Shown here piece after piece: positions 22,374 through 32,711 of a DNA stretch of 64,000 bases. This DNA comes from Abditibacteriaceae bacterium (lineage in GTDB: Bacteria; Armatimonadota; Abditibacteriia; Abditibacteriales; Abditibacteriaceae). The position numbers were made by a program, and so were the translations under genes. The notes under the pieces are model-generated. The model ran no database searches. It worked only from the letters and a program-made list of their open reading frames with translations, and had not been told where the DNA came from. Location: NCBI GenBank assembly GCA_965277285.1, contig OZ255721.1:2880001-2944000 (forward strand), read 5' to 3'. Position 1 is the first letter of the stretch. Every line of letters begins with the position of its first letter.

Positions 22374-22725
22374 TTAGACGCCATATCGAGTACTCGAACT
22401 GCGTTTCAACTGGCATTTTTAGTGCAACATTCGACTGCGTAGCGCGTGCGGCGCAGACTCTTCCTTTTCCGCACCACCGAGGCGATTCCACCACGTCACG
22501 CAATCCATAAACTTTTTACAACGCTGGCCGAATTTGATTTCGCGCTGTGCGTTGTCGCGCGTCCGAAAGGCGGAAAAGATTGTGAAAAAAAGTGCAAAAA
22601 GATTGTGAAAAGTGGAAACATCAAGGAAAATAGGGACGATAGTTAAAGAGGTGAGGAAAGAAAGCGTGAAGTCGTGAAAGGTCGGGAAAGACTGTTCTGT
22701 TCAGGGGTTATGAGGAGAGAAAACG

Positions 22726-24552
22726 ATGAAAGTCACACCGTTGGGCAAGTTTATTGGCTTGATTTTAGTTTTGGGCGTGGCAATTGGCGTATGGCGCAGT
22801 TGGAACAGACTTGCGCCCAGCGCGGCCACCAAAGATTCGGTTGTGCCGTCGAAAATCGACTTGCCGTCACGCGACGAGAACCCGACTGCGATGAGCACGG
22901 GCAATGATGTCAGCTTCACGCAGGCGAGCGACGAAGCGGGTTGCACTGACAAGCCCGAAGTGCGGCTGCTGGGTTACGCCTGGAACGCGCAAATGGGGAT
23001 GTTGGGCGCTATTGGCGGGCCGCAAGCCACCAAAGGCAGCCTGATGTGCAAATATGGCGTAAATATGCGTTTCCAGCGCCAGGACGATAACGGCAAATTG
23101 ACTGAAGCCTTGGTCGCTTTCGCCACAGAACTCAGTCAGGGCAACGCGAACCCGACCAAAGGCGCGCATTTCGTAACCATTATGGGCGATGGAGGCGCGG
23201 CGTTTCTCAAGGGCGCCAACGATGCCTTGAAGCGTTTGGGGCCGGATTATCAGGCGAAAATCGTGGACGCGATTGGCTATTCGCACGGCGAAGACAAGTT
23301 CATGGGGCCAGCTTCGTGGAAAACCGATCCGTCCAGTTCTCGCGGCGGCGTGGTGGCGGGCGTGTTGCGCGACGGCGACTGGAACATCGCGCAAAAGTGG
23401 CTGGGCGACAACGGTTTGCGCACCAATCCCGACGAGAAGACCTACGATCCCGACGCCTTAAACTGGGTCAACGCCAACGATTATTTGGATGCGGGCGAAA
23501 AATATATCGCCGGTTATTCGGAAGATCGTCCCGTCGTGCGCAACGGCAAAAAGACTGGCGAAACCAAGCACATCACGGTCGATGGCGTGGTAACGTGGAC
23601 GCCAGGCGATGTGAACGTGGCGCAGAAGAAAGGCGGTCTGGTGTCGATTGTTTCGACTAAAGAGTACTCGTCGCAGATGCCGTGTGTCATCATCGGCATC
23701 GACAAGTGGATGAAGGCGAATCGCCCGACCGTGGAGAACATGATTCTGGCGATTGGCGAAGGCGGCGATCAAGTGAAAAATAGCGATGCGGCTTTGGATC
23801 GCGCGTCGCAAATCAGCGCCGCGGTTTATAAGGAAGATGGCGCCGACGCCGCGTATTGGAAGAAGTATTTCAAGGGCACGACGGAACAGGACAAAACTGG
23901 CCAAATGGTCGATCTGGGCGGCTCGTCGGTCAACAATCTTGCGGACAGCTTGTTGTCGTTCGGTCTGGTGCCAGGTTCGGCGAACTTGGTGGCGGCGACC
24001 TATCGCGTTTTCGGCGATGTCGATGTCGCGCAATATCCCGAATTGGTGCCCAGCTATTATTCGCCCGATCAAGTGATTGACCGCTCGTATTTGCAGGGCG
24101 TCGCGCAAAAGTTGCAGCCCGAAGCGCGCAAGGTTTACGTTGCCAACGTTGCGAAAGCGCGCCCCGTTTACAACAAAGGCGTGGCCGTCAAACGGGTTTT
24201 GTCGCGCCGCGTGTGGAACATCACATTTAACGCAGGGCAGGCGAGCTTTACGCCGCAAGCGAAGCAAACGCTGGAACATCTCAGCCGCGAATTGCTGGTC
24301 GCCAGCGGAACGGTTGTCGAAATTCACGGCCACACCGACAACCAGGGCGATCCTCGCAAAAGTATGCCGCTCTCGGAAGCGCGCGCTTTCGCGGTGAAAC
24401 AATGGTTGCAAAACCGCGCGCCGGTCAACTTCCCCGAAGGCCGCATCCGCGTTTTTGCGCACGGCGAAACGCAGCCTTTGGTACCGAACACGTCGCCCGC
24501 TAATCGCGCCAAGAACCGTCGCGTTGAGATCGTGCTGGGCACCACGGCGTAA
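22726..24552 (+). CDS. Membrane-anchored substrate-binding protein fused to a C-terminal OmpA-like peptidoglycan-binding domain
   Basis: N-terminal TM, PBP2-like body, ITFNAGQA...EIHGHTD...LSEARA...NRRVEI. Confidence 0.88.
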   Translation: MKVTPLGKFIGLILVLGVAIGVWRSWNRLAPSAATKDSVVPSKIDLPSRDENPTAMSTGNDVSFTQASDEAGCTDKPEVRLLGYAWNAQMGMLGAIGGPQATKGSLMCKYGVNMRFQRQDDNGKLTEALVAFATELSQGNANPTKGAHFVTIMGDGGAAFLKGANDALKRLGPDYQAKIVDAIGYSHGEDKFMGPASWKTDPSSSRGGVVAGVLRDGDWNIAQKWLGDNGLRTNPDEKTYDPDALNWVNANDYLDAGEKYIAGYSEDRPVVRNGKKTGETKHITVDGVVTWTPGDVNVAQKKGGLVSIVSTKEYSSQMPCVIIGIDKWMKANRPTVENMILAIGEGGDQVKNSDAALDRASQISAAVYKEDGADAAYWKKYFKGTTEQDKTGQMVDLGGSSVNNLADSLLSFGLVPGSANLVAATYRVFGDVDVAQYPELVPSYYSPDQVIDRSYLQGVAQKLQPEARKVYVANVAKARPVYNKGVAVKRVLSRRVWNITFNAGQASFTPQAKQTLEHLSRELLVASGTVVEIHGHTDNQGDPRKSMPLSEARAFAVKQWLQNRAPVNFPEGRIRVFAHGETQPLVPNTSPANRAKNRRVEIVLGTTA

Positions 24553-24576
24553 TCGAGTACTCGATGTTGCGAAAAC

Positions 24577-24604
24577 GTACGGGCGAGGCATGCCTCGCCC
24601 GTAC
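24577..24604. repeat. GTA(C/G)GGGCG-type REP palindrome (family B)
   Basis: GTACGGGCGAGGCATGCCTCGCCCGTAC; relatives at 36160-36187, 44026-44057, 47668-47692, 47989-48097, 61503-61577; cores at 25626-25646 and 27991-28010. Confidence 0.8.
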
Positions 24605-24639
24605 ATGATGCTCACGATGTTTTCACAAGGTTTATAACA

Positions 24640-25605
24640 ATGAGCAATCTCGAATCGAGTACTCAATCTTTAACCCCGACGACCGAAAAGCCGCTTGACG
24701 ATGAGCAAATCGCGCGGTCGAAGAAGACGGACGTTCTGATTCCGGGCGCGCATGGCGGGACATCGGCGTTGCGCGTTGGCGATGTTGGAACGCAGCAAAG
24801 GCGACGCAAAACTCCGTTGCAAAACGCCGCGAACGCGTTCTTGCCCAATCGTGTTGTTTCTGCGACGACGATGCAAATGATCATTGCGGTCGAAGTCGTC
24901 ATCGCGTTAATTGTTTGGATCAATTCGCCATTCAAAGTGTTGCCGACGCCGCGCGAAGTGTTTTCGTCGCTGGGCGAATTGTGGATGAAACAAGGTTTGG
25001 GGCAAGAGCTGGCGATCAGTTTCGGCCTGAACGTGCAAGCCTTGTTGTGGGCGTCGGTGATTTCGCTGCTGCTGGCGTATCTGACGGTCATTCCGGTTTT
25101 TCGTCCGCTTGTCGCCGCGATTTCCAAAGGCCGCTTTCTTAGCCTGGCCGGTTTCACGCTGATTTTTACGCTGATGACGAGCGGCGGTCACGCGCTCAAA
25201 ACGGCGCTGTTGGTTTTTACCGTCACAGTGTTCTACATCACTTCGATGGCGTCCGTGATTGCGGCGATTCCACGCAGCGAGTTCGACCACGCGCGCACTT
25301 TGCGCATGAGCGAATGGCGCGTCGTATGGGAAGTCGTGATTTTGGGGACGGCGGATAAAGCCTTTGAAGTGTTGCGCCAAAATGCCGCGATTGGCTGGAT
25401 GATGCTGACGATGGTCGAAGGCATTGTGCGCAGCGAAGGCGGCGTCGGCGCCATGTTGTTGGGTGAAAGCAAGCATTTTCGCCTGGCCGAAGTGTTCGCC
25501 ATTCAAATCGTGATTTTGCTGGTCGGCCTGTTCCAAGATTACATCATCGGCGCCGTGCGTCATTTGGTTTGTCCGTACGCCGATTTAGCGATGGAAAGGA
25601 AATGA
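24640..25605 (+). CDS. ABC transporter permease (NitT/TauT-like)
   Basis: LPTPREV, multiple TM segments, EAA-like DHARTLRMSEWRVVWEVV. Confidence 0.85.
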   Translation: MSNLESSTQSLTPTTEKPLDDEQIARSKKTDVLIPGAHGGTSALRVGDVGTQQRRRKTPLQNAANAFLPNRVVSATTMQMIIAVEVVIALIVWINSPFKVLPTPREVFSSLGELWMKQGLGQELAISFGLNVQALLWASVISLLLAYLTVIPVFRPLVAAISKGRFLSLAGFTLIFTLMTSGGHALKTALLVFTVTVFYITSMASVIAAIPRSEFDHARTLRMSEWRVVWEVVILGTADKAFEVLRQNAAIGWMMLTMVEGIVRSEGGVGAMLLGESKHFRLAEVFAIQIVILLVGLFQDYIIGAVRHLVCPYADLAMERK

Positions 25606-25688
25606 TGTGATGACAAACACAACGCGGGCAACCACAAGGGTTGCCCTGTCTCTCGAATCGTCATATCGAGTACTCGAAGAGGAAGACA

Positions 25689-26516
25689 ATGAACGCCATT
25701 GCGCACGAATATAAAAATACGCTGCTCAAATTGTCGAACATTTCGTTTCGTCACGGCGACAATTTGGTGCTGCGCGACCTCAATCTGGAAATCAAAGATT
25801 TGCATCGTCCCGGCATGACGCAAGGCCAGGTCGTCGGTTTGTTGGGGCCGTCCGGCGTTGGGAAAACCACGCTGTTTCGCATTTTGGCCGGATTGGATGT
25901 GCCCGATACCGGCGAAGTTTTGGTCGAGGAAGCGCAAGTTCCGGTGCAGCGCGGCATGGTCGGCGTGGTGGCGCAGAATTATCCGCTGTTTGCGCATCGC
26001 ACGGTGCGCGGCAACTTGCACGTTGCGGGAAAGCAGGCCGGACTAACCAGCACTCAAATCCGCGACAAAGCCGACGAAGTGCTGAAGCGTTTTGAAATCG
26101 AAGACCACGCGCGCAAATACCCCAGCCAGCTTTCGGGCGGGCAGCGCCAGCGCGTCGCTATCGCGCAGCAGTTCATGTGCAGCGAACATTTTCTGTTGAT
26201 GGACGAACCATTTTCCGGCCTGGATTTGATCGCGCAGGAACGCGTGATGGGTTTCATCCAGGAAATGGCGGCGTCCGATGAACTGAAAACCTTCATTCTC
26301 GTGACGCACGACATCAGCGCGGCGTTACAGGTGTGCGACACGATCTGGGTTCTGGGACGCGACCGCGACAAAGACGGCAACGTCATTCCGGGCGCGCGCA
26401 TTCAAGCGACATATGACTTGATAGAACGCGGCTTGTGCTACCAAAAGGACATCACGACTTCGCCCGAATATCTGCAATTGCGCCAGGAAATCCGCGATAT
26501 TTTCCCGCGTTTGTGA
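25689..26516 (+). CDS. ABC transporter ATP-binding protein
   Basis: GPSGVGKT, LSGGQRQR, LLMDEPFSGLD, VTHD; ATG 25689 after GAGGAAG. Confidence 0.92.
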   Translation: MNAIAHEYKNTLLKLSNISFRHGDNLVLRDLNLEIKDLHRPGMTQGQVVGLLGPSGVGKTTLFRILAGLDVPDTGEVLVEEAQVPVQRGMVGVVAQNYPLFAHRTVRGNLHVAGKQAGLTSTQIRDKADEVLKRFEIEDHARKYPSQLSGGQRQRVAIAQQFMCSEHFLLMDEPFSGLDLIAQERVMGFIQEMAASDELKTFILVTHDISAALQVCDTIWVLGRDRDKDGNVIPGARIQATYDLIERGLCYQKDITTSPEYLQLRQEIRDIFPRL

Positions 26517-26554
26517 GAGCGTTTAAAAGAGTTTTATCGAGAGAAATAACGTTT

Positions 26555-26632
26555 GAGTTTGGTCATTCTGAGCGCAGCGAAGAATCTGGCTTTTCATATA
26601 GATTCTTCGCTGCGCTCAGAATGACCAAACTC
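26555..26632. repeat. REP-like hairpin family A
   Basis: Perfect long inverted repeat between the ABC ATPase and the second SBP. Confidence 0.9.
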
Positions 26633-26741
26633 GCACTCTCATTCCGATTGTTTGGCATTTTAGGTGCGTTTATCGAAACGCTTTTGCGGTATCCTTAAAG
26701 GCGAAGTTGGTCGCAGAGAACAGGTCGGAGTTCTTCACATT

Positions 26742-27971
26742 ATGCGCGTCACGGCACTTGGAAAAATCGTCATCTTGCTGTTGATTTTAGGCGCTGCCGT
26801 CGGCGGATGGCGCGCTTTTCAAAGCAAAAGCGGCAACGGCAATCAGGGAAACAACGGCTCGTCGTTCAAACTGCCTTCCGACAACTCGGATACTTCCAAT
26901 AACGACAATTCGAGTACTGGAAATGGCGGCAACAGCGGAACAGATGGCGGCACGGCGACTTCTGACGTAGCAACGTCCGATAACGAGATTCTGCTGGTGA
27001 CGAGCGCGACCAAACAAGGCTGGCTGCTCGATCAAATCCAAAAGTTCAACGCGCAAAACAACGGCAAATATCGCATCACGACCAAGTTCCTGGAAACGCG
27101 CGACGCCATGCACGCCATTCTCGATGGCAAAGTCAAACCGGCGATCTGGTCGCCGTCGAGCACGATTTGGACGGCGCGCCTGGCGCAGGCGTGGCAGCAG
27201 AAATACAATAAACCGATTCTCAATTTGGATGACGCAACCAGCTACCACGTCTTTTTTCGCTCGCCTTTGGTTTTCTTGACGACCAAGCAGAAATTGCCGC
27301 TTTTGAAACCGATTTTAACTGGCGGTTGGGACAAATTGCGCGCTTCAAGCGGTAAGATAAAGTTTTCGCACGCCGATCCTTTGACCTCCAACAGCGGCAT
27401 GATGACCTTGGGCTTGGTTCTGGCTGATTACGCGCAGCAAACCGGCGGCGACCCGAACGAGATCGCCAGCAGCGAAAAGTTTCGCACTTATATGGAAAGC
27501 CTGGAGCGCGGTTTGGTGTTCGATCTTCCGGCGCAGGGCGGTTCGAGCGCGTTGTTTAAGGCGTTTGTGGCCGACCCGAGTCGCTACGATTTTATCACGA
27601 CTTACGAAAGCAACGCGATTGACGAAGCGATTAAAAATCCCAATATCGCGGTAATTTACCCAAATCCCACAGCGGTTTCGGAAAGTGTGGGCGCCGTTCT
27701 GCAGGGCGATTGGTTGTCGCAAACGCAGCAGGACGGCGCGCGGGCGTTTTTGCAATTTCTGGGAAGTCAGCAAGCGATGCGCGAAGGCTTGGCGTATCAT
27801 TTCCGGCCTGCGGAAGCGGGCGGCGCGTTGTCCATCAGCAACACGCTGGGTCAGTTGCGCGGACAGGGTTTTCAACAGTCGTTTTCGTCCGTCGAATTGC
27901 CGCCGTATGATGCGCTGAACGCCGCCGCTTTCCAGTGGCGTATTTACGTCGCGCACAAACCGGCGCAATAA
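26742..27971 (+). CDS. Membrane-anchored substrate-binding protein (type often linked to vWA proteins)
   Basis: N-terminal TM, Asn/Ser/Gly linker, PAIWSPSS, HADPLTSNSG, ITTYES, IYPNPT. Confidence 0.8.
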   Translation: MRVTALGKIVILLLILGAAVGGWRAFQSKSGNGNQGNNGSSFKLPSDNSDTSNNDNSSTGNGGNSGTDGGTATSDVATSDNEILLVTSATKQGWLLDQIQKFNAQNNGKYRITTKFLETRDAMHAILDGKVKPAIWSPSSTIWTARLAQAWQQKYNKPILNLDDATSYHVFFRSPLVFLTTKQKLPLLKPILTGGWDKLRASSGKIKFSHADPLTSNSGMMTLGLVLADYAQQTGGDPNEIASSEKFRTYMESLERGLVFDLPAQGGSSALFKAFVADPSRYDFITTYESNAIDEAIKNPNIAVIYPNPTAVSESVGAVLQGDWLSQTQQDGARAFLQFLGSQQAMREGLAYHFRPAEAGGALSISNTLGQLRGQGFQQSFSSVELPPYDALNAAAFQWRIYVAHKPAQ

Positions 27972-28048
27972 GCAACGGGTTAATAGACAAGAGCAACCAC
28001 AAGGGTTGCCCAACTTAGTGTTTGTTAGTCGTATCGAGTACTCGAAAC

Positions 28049-29071
28049 ATGGATCGTAATCGTTATTTGGAAGCGTTTAAGGAAGGCTATAACGTGCTGG
28101 GTTTGACGGCAGCGGTCGCGGCTTCGGCGGCGCTGCTGAACCCTTTGCCGTTGCTGGTCGGGTTGGTCGCTGAGGCCGCTTATATTCTGTTCGTTTCCGA
28201 TTCGCGCTGGTATCAGGTTCGCTTGGCCAAGCGTTTCGATGCCGACATTGAAAAGCGTCGCGCCGAACTCAAAATGCGCGTTCTGCCGACTTTGCAGCCT
28301 TCGATGCAGGAGCGTTTTGCGCGATTGGAAACGGTGCGCGCCAGCATCAACGATCAAGCGCAGGAGCAACCGGACTGGTTCCGCGAAGTGTTGCGTAAAC
28401 TCGATTTTCTGCTGGAAAAGTTCCTCCATTTCGCCGCCAAAGACGCGCAGTTTCATCAATATCTGCAATCGGTGCTCAGCCAGGAATGTGGCATTACGAC
28501 TTTGTCGCAAATGAACGGCAGCGCCAATTTCCCTTCTTTCAACGTAACGCCGCAACAAGCCGCCGCGCAACTGGGATCGAATCGCGGCTTGGCGGGAACC
28601 TTGCCGCCGTCGCCCGCGCCGCGTTCCTCGCGCGCTCACGGCCAGGTTCCGCTGGCGCCCAATGTGCCGTCGAACGCCGTCGCCACCAGCGTTTTGGCGC
28701 AGGCTTCGGGCGGCGAAAAATGGACGCAAAGCGCGATTGGCAACATTCAGGCGCATTACGACCTCGAGTTGGAAGAATTGAAGGCGAACGCGCAAAACGA
28801 AAGCGATGCGAGCACGCGCGCGGTTTTGGAAAAGCGTCTGGATGTTTTGGGACGGCGGCGCGAGTTCATCGGAAAAATCGGGCGCATTCAAACCAATTTG
28901 CTGCATCAATTGAGTTTGGTCGAAGACACGTTCGGCCTGATTTCCGATGAAATTCGCGCGCAGCCGCCGGAACAAGTCTTGGCCGATATTAATGATGTCG
29001 TGTCGCAAACCAACACCATGACGCAGTTGCTGGAAGAGTTCGCGCCGTTTGAACACAACTTGAACATTTGA
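28049..29071 (+). CDS. Hypothetical protein with N-terminal TM hairpin and coiled coils
   Basis: Hydrophobic stretch near the N-terminus, helical C-terminus, Pro/Ala-rich insert; co-directional in the cluster. Confidence 0.8.
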   Translation: MDRNRYLEAFKEGYNVLGLTAAVAASAALLNPLPLLVGLVAEAAYILFVSDSRWYQVRLAKRFDADIEKRRAELKMRVLPTLQPSMQERFARLETVRASINDQAQEQPDWFREVLRKLDFLLEKFLHFAAKDAQFHQYLQSVLSQECGITTLSQMNGSANFPSFNVTPQQAAAQLGSNRGLAGTLPPSPAPRSSRAHGQVPLAPNVPSNAVATSVLAQASGGEKWTQSAIGNIQAHYDLELEELKANAQNESDASTRAVLEKRLDVLGRRREFIGKIGRIQTNLLHQLSLVEDTFGLISDEIRAQPPEQVLADINDVVSQTNTMTQLLEEFAPFEHNLNI

Positions 29072-29265
29072 TTTCACCGCGAAGGACGTGAAGATCGCGA
29101 AGGACAAAGAAGGATAGCGAATAGAGCTAAAGGTGTGTCATTCTGAGCGCAGCGAAGAATCTTTCGTTAAGTTAGATTCTTCGCTGCGCTCAGAATGACA
29201 TCTTCTTAGTTTCGAGCACTCAAATTCTTTTTCCTTCGCGATCTTCGCGTCCTTCGCGGTGAAAT
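29071..29265. repeat. Nested inverted repeats: family C (TTCACCGCGAAGGACG...) enclosing a family A hairpin (29137-29199)
   Basis: Arms 29071-29104 and 29232-29265; related family C arms at ~43996-44010 and 44077-44108. Confidence 0.85.
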
Positions 29266-29276
29266 GATGGAGCCTT

Positions 29277-30032
29277 ATGAATTTTCTTCGCAAAGCGGCT
29301 TCTCTGATCGTCGAGATTCCACCAGAAGAAGCGACGACTGCGGCAAGCAACGACGACAACTTTTCGCTGGGCGACGATCCGCTGGCGCGCGTCGAGCGAC
29401 AGGCCGTCGATGTGGACAAATTGCTGCAAGAGCAGGGTCTTGGCATCAAGAAAAATGCGGTTTCGAGTGCGGGAAGTGCCGCGCCAACGACCAAAACCGT
29501 CGCGCAAATCGCGCAGGATGCGCCTGGCCCAAATCTGCAAGACGTGAAAGTGGATGCCAACATCGGCAATGCGCTGCTCCAACCAAGTGCGATTTACGAA
29601 GCCGCCAAATTGCCGCCATCGCCCTTTACGGCTGAGCAAATGCTCGATATGCTGGCCGGTTTGCCCAAAGAGTTACCGCTGGATGTCAAGCGGCAAACCA
29701 TCAAAGTGACGTTGGGCGCGCTGGGCAAAACAATGGGCGCTACGCCGGAAACGATTGTCGCTGATGCCTCGCGTAAAATGGCGGCTTTGAAAAGTTACGT
29801 CGAACATTTGCAAAAACGCACCGATGAATTCGCGCACAGCGGCGAAACAGAAATCGCGGTTTTGCAAAAACAAATCGAGGACAAGCGCAAAGCGATTGAA
29901 GACGCGCGCGGTTCATTGACTGCCGCGACGCAAAGTTGCACCAAAGAATCGGAGCATTTGGACGACGTGCTGGAGTTTTTCAGTTTGGATGTCGCACCGT
30001 CGAAATACGCACCGAGAACAAACACGGAATGA
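29277..30032 (+). CDS. Hypothetical coiled-coil protein
   Basis: GGAG RBS; amphipathic N-terminus MNFLRKAASLIVE; long C-terminal coiled coil. Confidence 0.8.
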   Translation: MNFLRKAASLIVEIPPEEATTAASNDDNFSLGDDPLARVERQAVDVDKLLQEQGLGIKKNAVSSAGSAAPTTKTVAQIAQDAPGPNLQDVKVDANIGNALLQPSAIYEAAKLPPSPFTAEQMLDMLAGLPKELPLDVKRQTIKVTLGALGKTMGATPETIVADASRKMAALKSYVEHLQKRTDEFAHSGETEIAVLQKQIEDKRKAIEDARGSLTAATQSCTKESEHLDDVLEFFSLDVAPSKYAPRTNTE

Positions 30033-30139
30033 TGAATGCGGAATACGGAATGTTCTTCAACACTCGCCTTAACATTATCGAGTACTCGAAGTGCGCTTTG
30101 CATTCATCATTCCGTATTTATCATTTCTAAAGGGGTTTT

Positions 30140-30895
30140 ATGTTCAAACGATTATCGAATTTGATTTCAGGGTTTTTCGGGTTGTTCGTTTCGGGAATGG
30201 AGCGCCAGAATCCCGAAGCGTTGCTCGAAGTCGAGAAAGAAAACTTGCGCAAGCAGATCGCGCGCTACAATCAGGGTTTGGCGACGCACGCCGGAATGTG
30301 CGAGCGTTTGATGACGCAAGTCAAAAGCCTGGAGCAAAGCGAGAAAGAATTGCGCGCACAAACTGGCGCCAACATCAAAGCCGGAAACCGCGAGCGCGCC
30401 GCACAACTCGCGCTGCAATTGCAAACGGTTTCCTCTCAACTCGAAGAAAACCGCAAGCAATTGGAAGGCGCCGAAACGACGTATAAAGATTTGGTGAAGG
30501 CGCGCAATGTCACGGTCGATGAAGCCAAAGCCAAAATCAACCAGCTCAAATTCAGCCTGGACGACTTGAAAGTCAAGAAGGCGACCGCCGAAATGAACGA
30601 AATGGCGAGCGGCATGATCACCTCGATTGGCGGCAGCGGCGACACCTTAAACCGCTTGCAGGAAATGGTCGAAGACGAACGGACAAAAGCCTCCGGTCGC
30701 GCGCGCGTCGCCAAAGACAGCCTGAACACGACCGATTTTCAGATGAAGGAAAGCGAGCAAAAAGCTCTGGCCGATCAAGCTCTGGCCGATTTCGCCGCCA
30801 AAGAAGGCATCGCGCTCGAACCTTCGATGCCCACCGATTCGTCGTCCAGCGAAACGCTTTCCTCCAAAACGATGGGCGCCAGCGAAACGATTTAA
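30140..30895 (+). CDS. PspA/IM30 (Vipp1/ESCRT-III superfamily) protein
   Basis: Amphipathic helix MFKRLSNLISGFFG, ERQNPEALL, GNRERAAQLA, DTLNRLQEMVEDERTKASGR, DQALADF. Confidence 0.88.
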   Translation: MFKRLSNLISGFFGLFVSGMERQNPEALLEVEKENLRKQIARYNQGLATHAGMCERLMTQVKSLEQSEKELRAQTGANIKAGNRERAAQLALQLQTVSSQLEENRKQLEGAETTYKDLVKARNVTVDEAKAKINQLKFSLDDLKVKKATAEMNEMASGMITSIGGSGDTLNRLQEMVEDERTKASGRARVAKDSLNTTDFQMKESEQKALADQALADFAAKEGIALEPSMPTDSSSSETLSSKTMGASETI

Positions 30896-30910
30896 CTTAC
30901 CGTCGGAAAT

Positions 30911-31014
30911 AGCCATAAAGAACACACAGAACACAAAAAAGAAGGGAAGTAGTATCGAGTACTCGATTTCTTTTTTCATCTCTTTTTTGTGTTCTCTGTG
31001 TTCTTTGTGGCTAT
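30911..31014. repeat. Inverted repeat with ~9-nt periodic arms (AGCCATAAAGAACACACAGAACACAAAA / TTTTGTGTTCTCTGTGTTCTTTGTGGCT) centred on a TCGAGTACTCGA palindrome
   Basis: Direct reading of the pspA-AAA intergenic region. Confidence 0.75.
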
Positions 31015-31037
31015 TTCTCTTTCGGTATCAAAACATC

Positions 31038-32699
31038 ATGCAAAATCAGTGGCCGTCATGGGCGCGCGAATTGGCGGCGCTGTATGAAAGCAACGCGTCC
31101 AATCAATTCATTCTGTACGGCAACGTTTACGACCGCTTGATGTTGCCGGTTGAAGCCTTGGGCGAAAAAGCCGGACTGGGCACGCTGCCCGATTTTCTAC
31201 TGCGCGTTTTGCTGCCGCGCTTCGATGTCGTCTTAAGTTATGATCTGGGAAACGGCATCCGAGTGGAGCGCGGCGGCGAAGTTTTTACGCAATGGCCAGC
31301 CTACAAAGAAAACCCCAATCTGCCGAAAAGCCCACGCCCCGCGATTGAAACGCTGACGCATTATTTTCGCTACTGCGCGAACCTGGCGAACCTCAAAGGC
31401 ACCAATACGCGCGTCGGCTGCATCATCAAAACCGCGCATCTGGTCGCGCCCGCGCTTCCTGGTTCGCTCAATTACGACTTGAACGCGTTGGCGCTTCTGA
31501 TGCGCGATTGGGCGACTGATACGCTGCTGACTTCGCACCAACTCGCCACGTTTTTGGTGACGGAAAACCTCAACGATCTCAATCCTTTGCTGGTGAACAA
31601 TCCGCAGGCGGCGCAAATCAAAGTGCCTTTGCCCTCACCCGAAGAACTTTCGAGCGCCTTTCAAATTTTTCTGCCGCAGTATCCCAAAGCCCTTTCCGAG
31701 TACTCGAATGACGTTTCGCGTCCGGCTACGCAACTCGCGGGCGCCACTTTGTCGTCTATTGAAAATCTGCTCAAGACGACCGAACATAAAAGCGTTTCGC
31801 TCAACGACAATGATTTGTCACGCTTGAAGAAAGAACTCGTCGAACGCGATTGCAACGGCTTGATCGAGTTCGTCGAATCGAAGCGGACGCTGGACGATAT
31901 GTATGGCCTGGACAAAGTGAAAACGTGGCTGCGCCAAGACATCGCGCTGTGGAAACAAAACGATTTAGCCGCGATGCCGATGGGTTATTTGTTGTGCGGG
32001 CCGGTCGGAACCGGCAAAACTTTTCTCGTCGAATGTCTGGCGGGCGAAGCCGGTGTTCCGGTCGTGAAGCTGAAAAATTTCCGCGACCGCTGGGTCGGTT
32101 CAACCGAAGGCAATCTGGAAAAGATTTTTCGCTTGTTGCAGGCTTTGGGCAAATGCTACGTTTTTATTGACGAAGCCGACCAAAGTTTGGGGCGCCGCGA
32201 TTCGGGCAGTGGCGACAGTGGTGTTGGTGGTCGCATTTACGGCATGATCGCCGAAGAAATGAGCAAAGGCAGCAATCGCGGCCACATCGTGTGGATTTTA
32301 GCGTCGAGCCGCCCCGATTTAATCGAAGTCGATTTGAAACGCCCCGGTCGCGTTGACGTAAAAATCCCGATTTTCCCGACCACAACGTCGCGCGAATCGT
32401 TCGACCTGATCCGCGCTTTGTGCCAGCGTCGCGGCCTGGAAATCGAGGAAAGCGCTTTTCCAGTACTCGAATCAACGCTTCCTAACTTATTAACGCCGGG
32501 CGCAGCGGAAGCTCTCAGCAACAAGGTTTATCGCCAATCGCGCGTTGAAAATCTGGCGCCGTTGGAAGCGTTACTGCGCAGCCTCGCCGATTATCAAAAC
32601 CCAGTTGCGGCAGAAATCATCGCCACGCAAATCGAACTCGCCATCCGCGAAGCCAGCGACTTGGACTTTGTGCCGGAAGTTTTGCGGATGAAAAACTGA
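31038..32699 (+). CDS. Classical-clade AAA+ ATPase with a large N-terminal domain
   Basis: Walker A GPVGTGKT, pore loop RWVG, Walker B VFIDEAD, sensor/Arg finger SSRPD...LKRPGRVD; ATG 31038. Confidence 0.9.
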   Translation: MQNQWPSWARELAALYESNASNQFILYGNVYDRLMLPVEALGEKAGLGTLPDFLLRVLLPRFDVVLSYDLGNGIRVERGGEVFTQWPAYKENPNLPKSPRPAIETLTHYFRYCANLANLKGTNTRVGCIIKTAHLVAPALPGSLNYDLNALALLMRDWATDTLLTSHQLATFLVTENLNDLNPLLVNNPQAAQIKVPLPSPEELSSAFQIFLPQYPKALSEYSNDVSRPATQLAGATLSSIENLLKTTEHKSVSLNDNDLSRLKKELVERDCNGLIEFVESKRTLDDMYGLDKVKTWLRQDIALWKQNDLAAMPMGYLLCGPVGTGKTFLVECLAGEAGVPVVKLKNFRDRWVGSTEGNLEKIFRLLQALGKCYVFIDEADQSLGRRDSGSGDSGVGGRIYGMIAEEMSKGSNRGHIVWILASSRPDLIEVDLKRPGRVDVKIPIFPTTTSRESFDLIRALCQRRGLEIEESAFPVLESTLPNLLTPGAAEALSNKVYRQSRVENLAPLEALLRSLADYQNPVAAEIIATQIELAIREASDLDFVPEVLRMKN

Positions 32700-32711
32700 A
32701 AGGGTTTCAGA

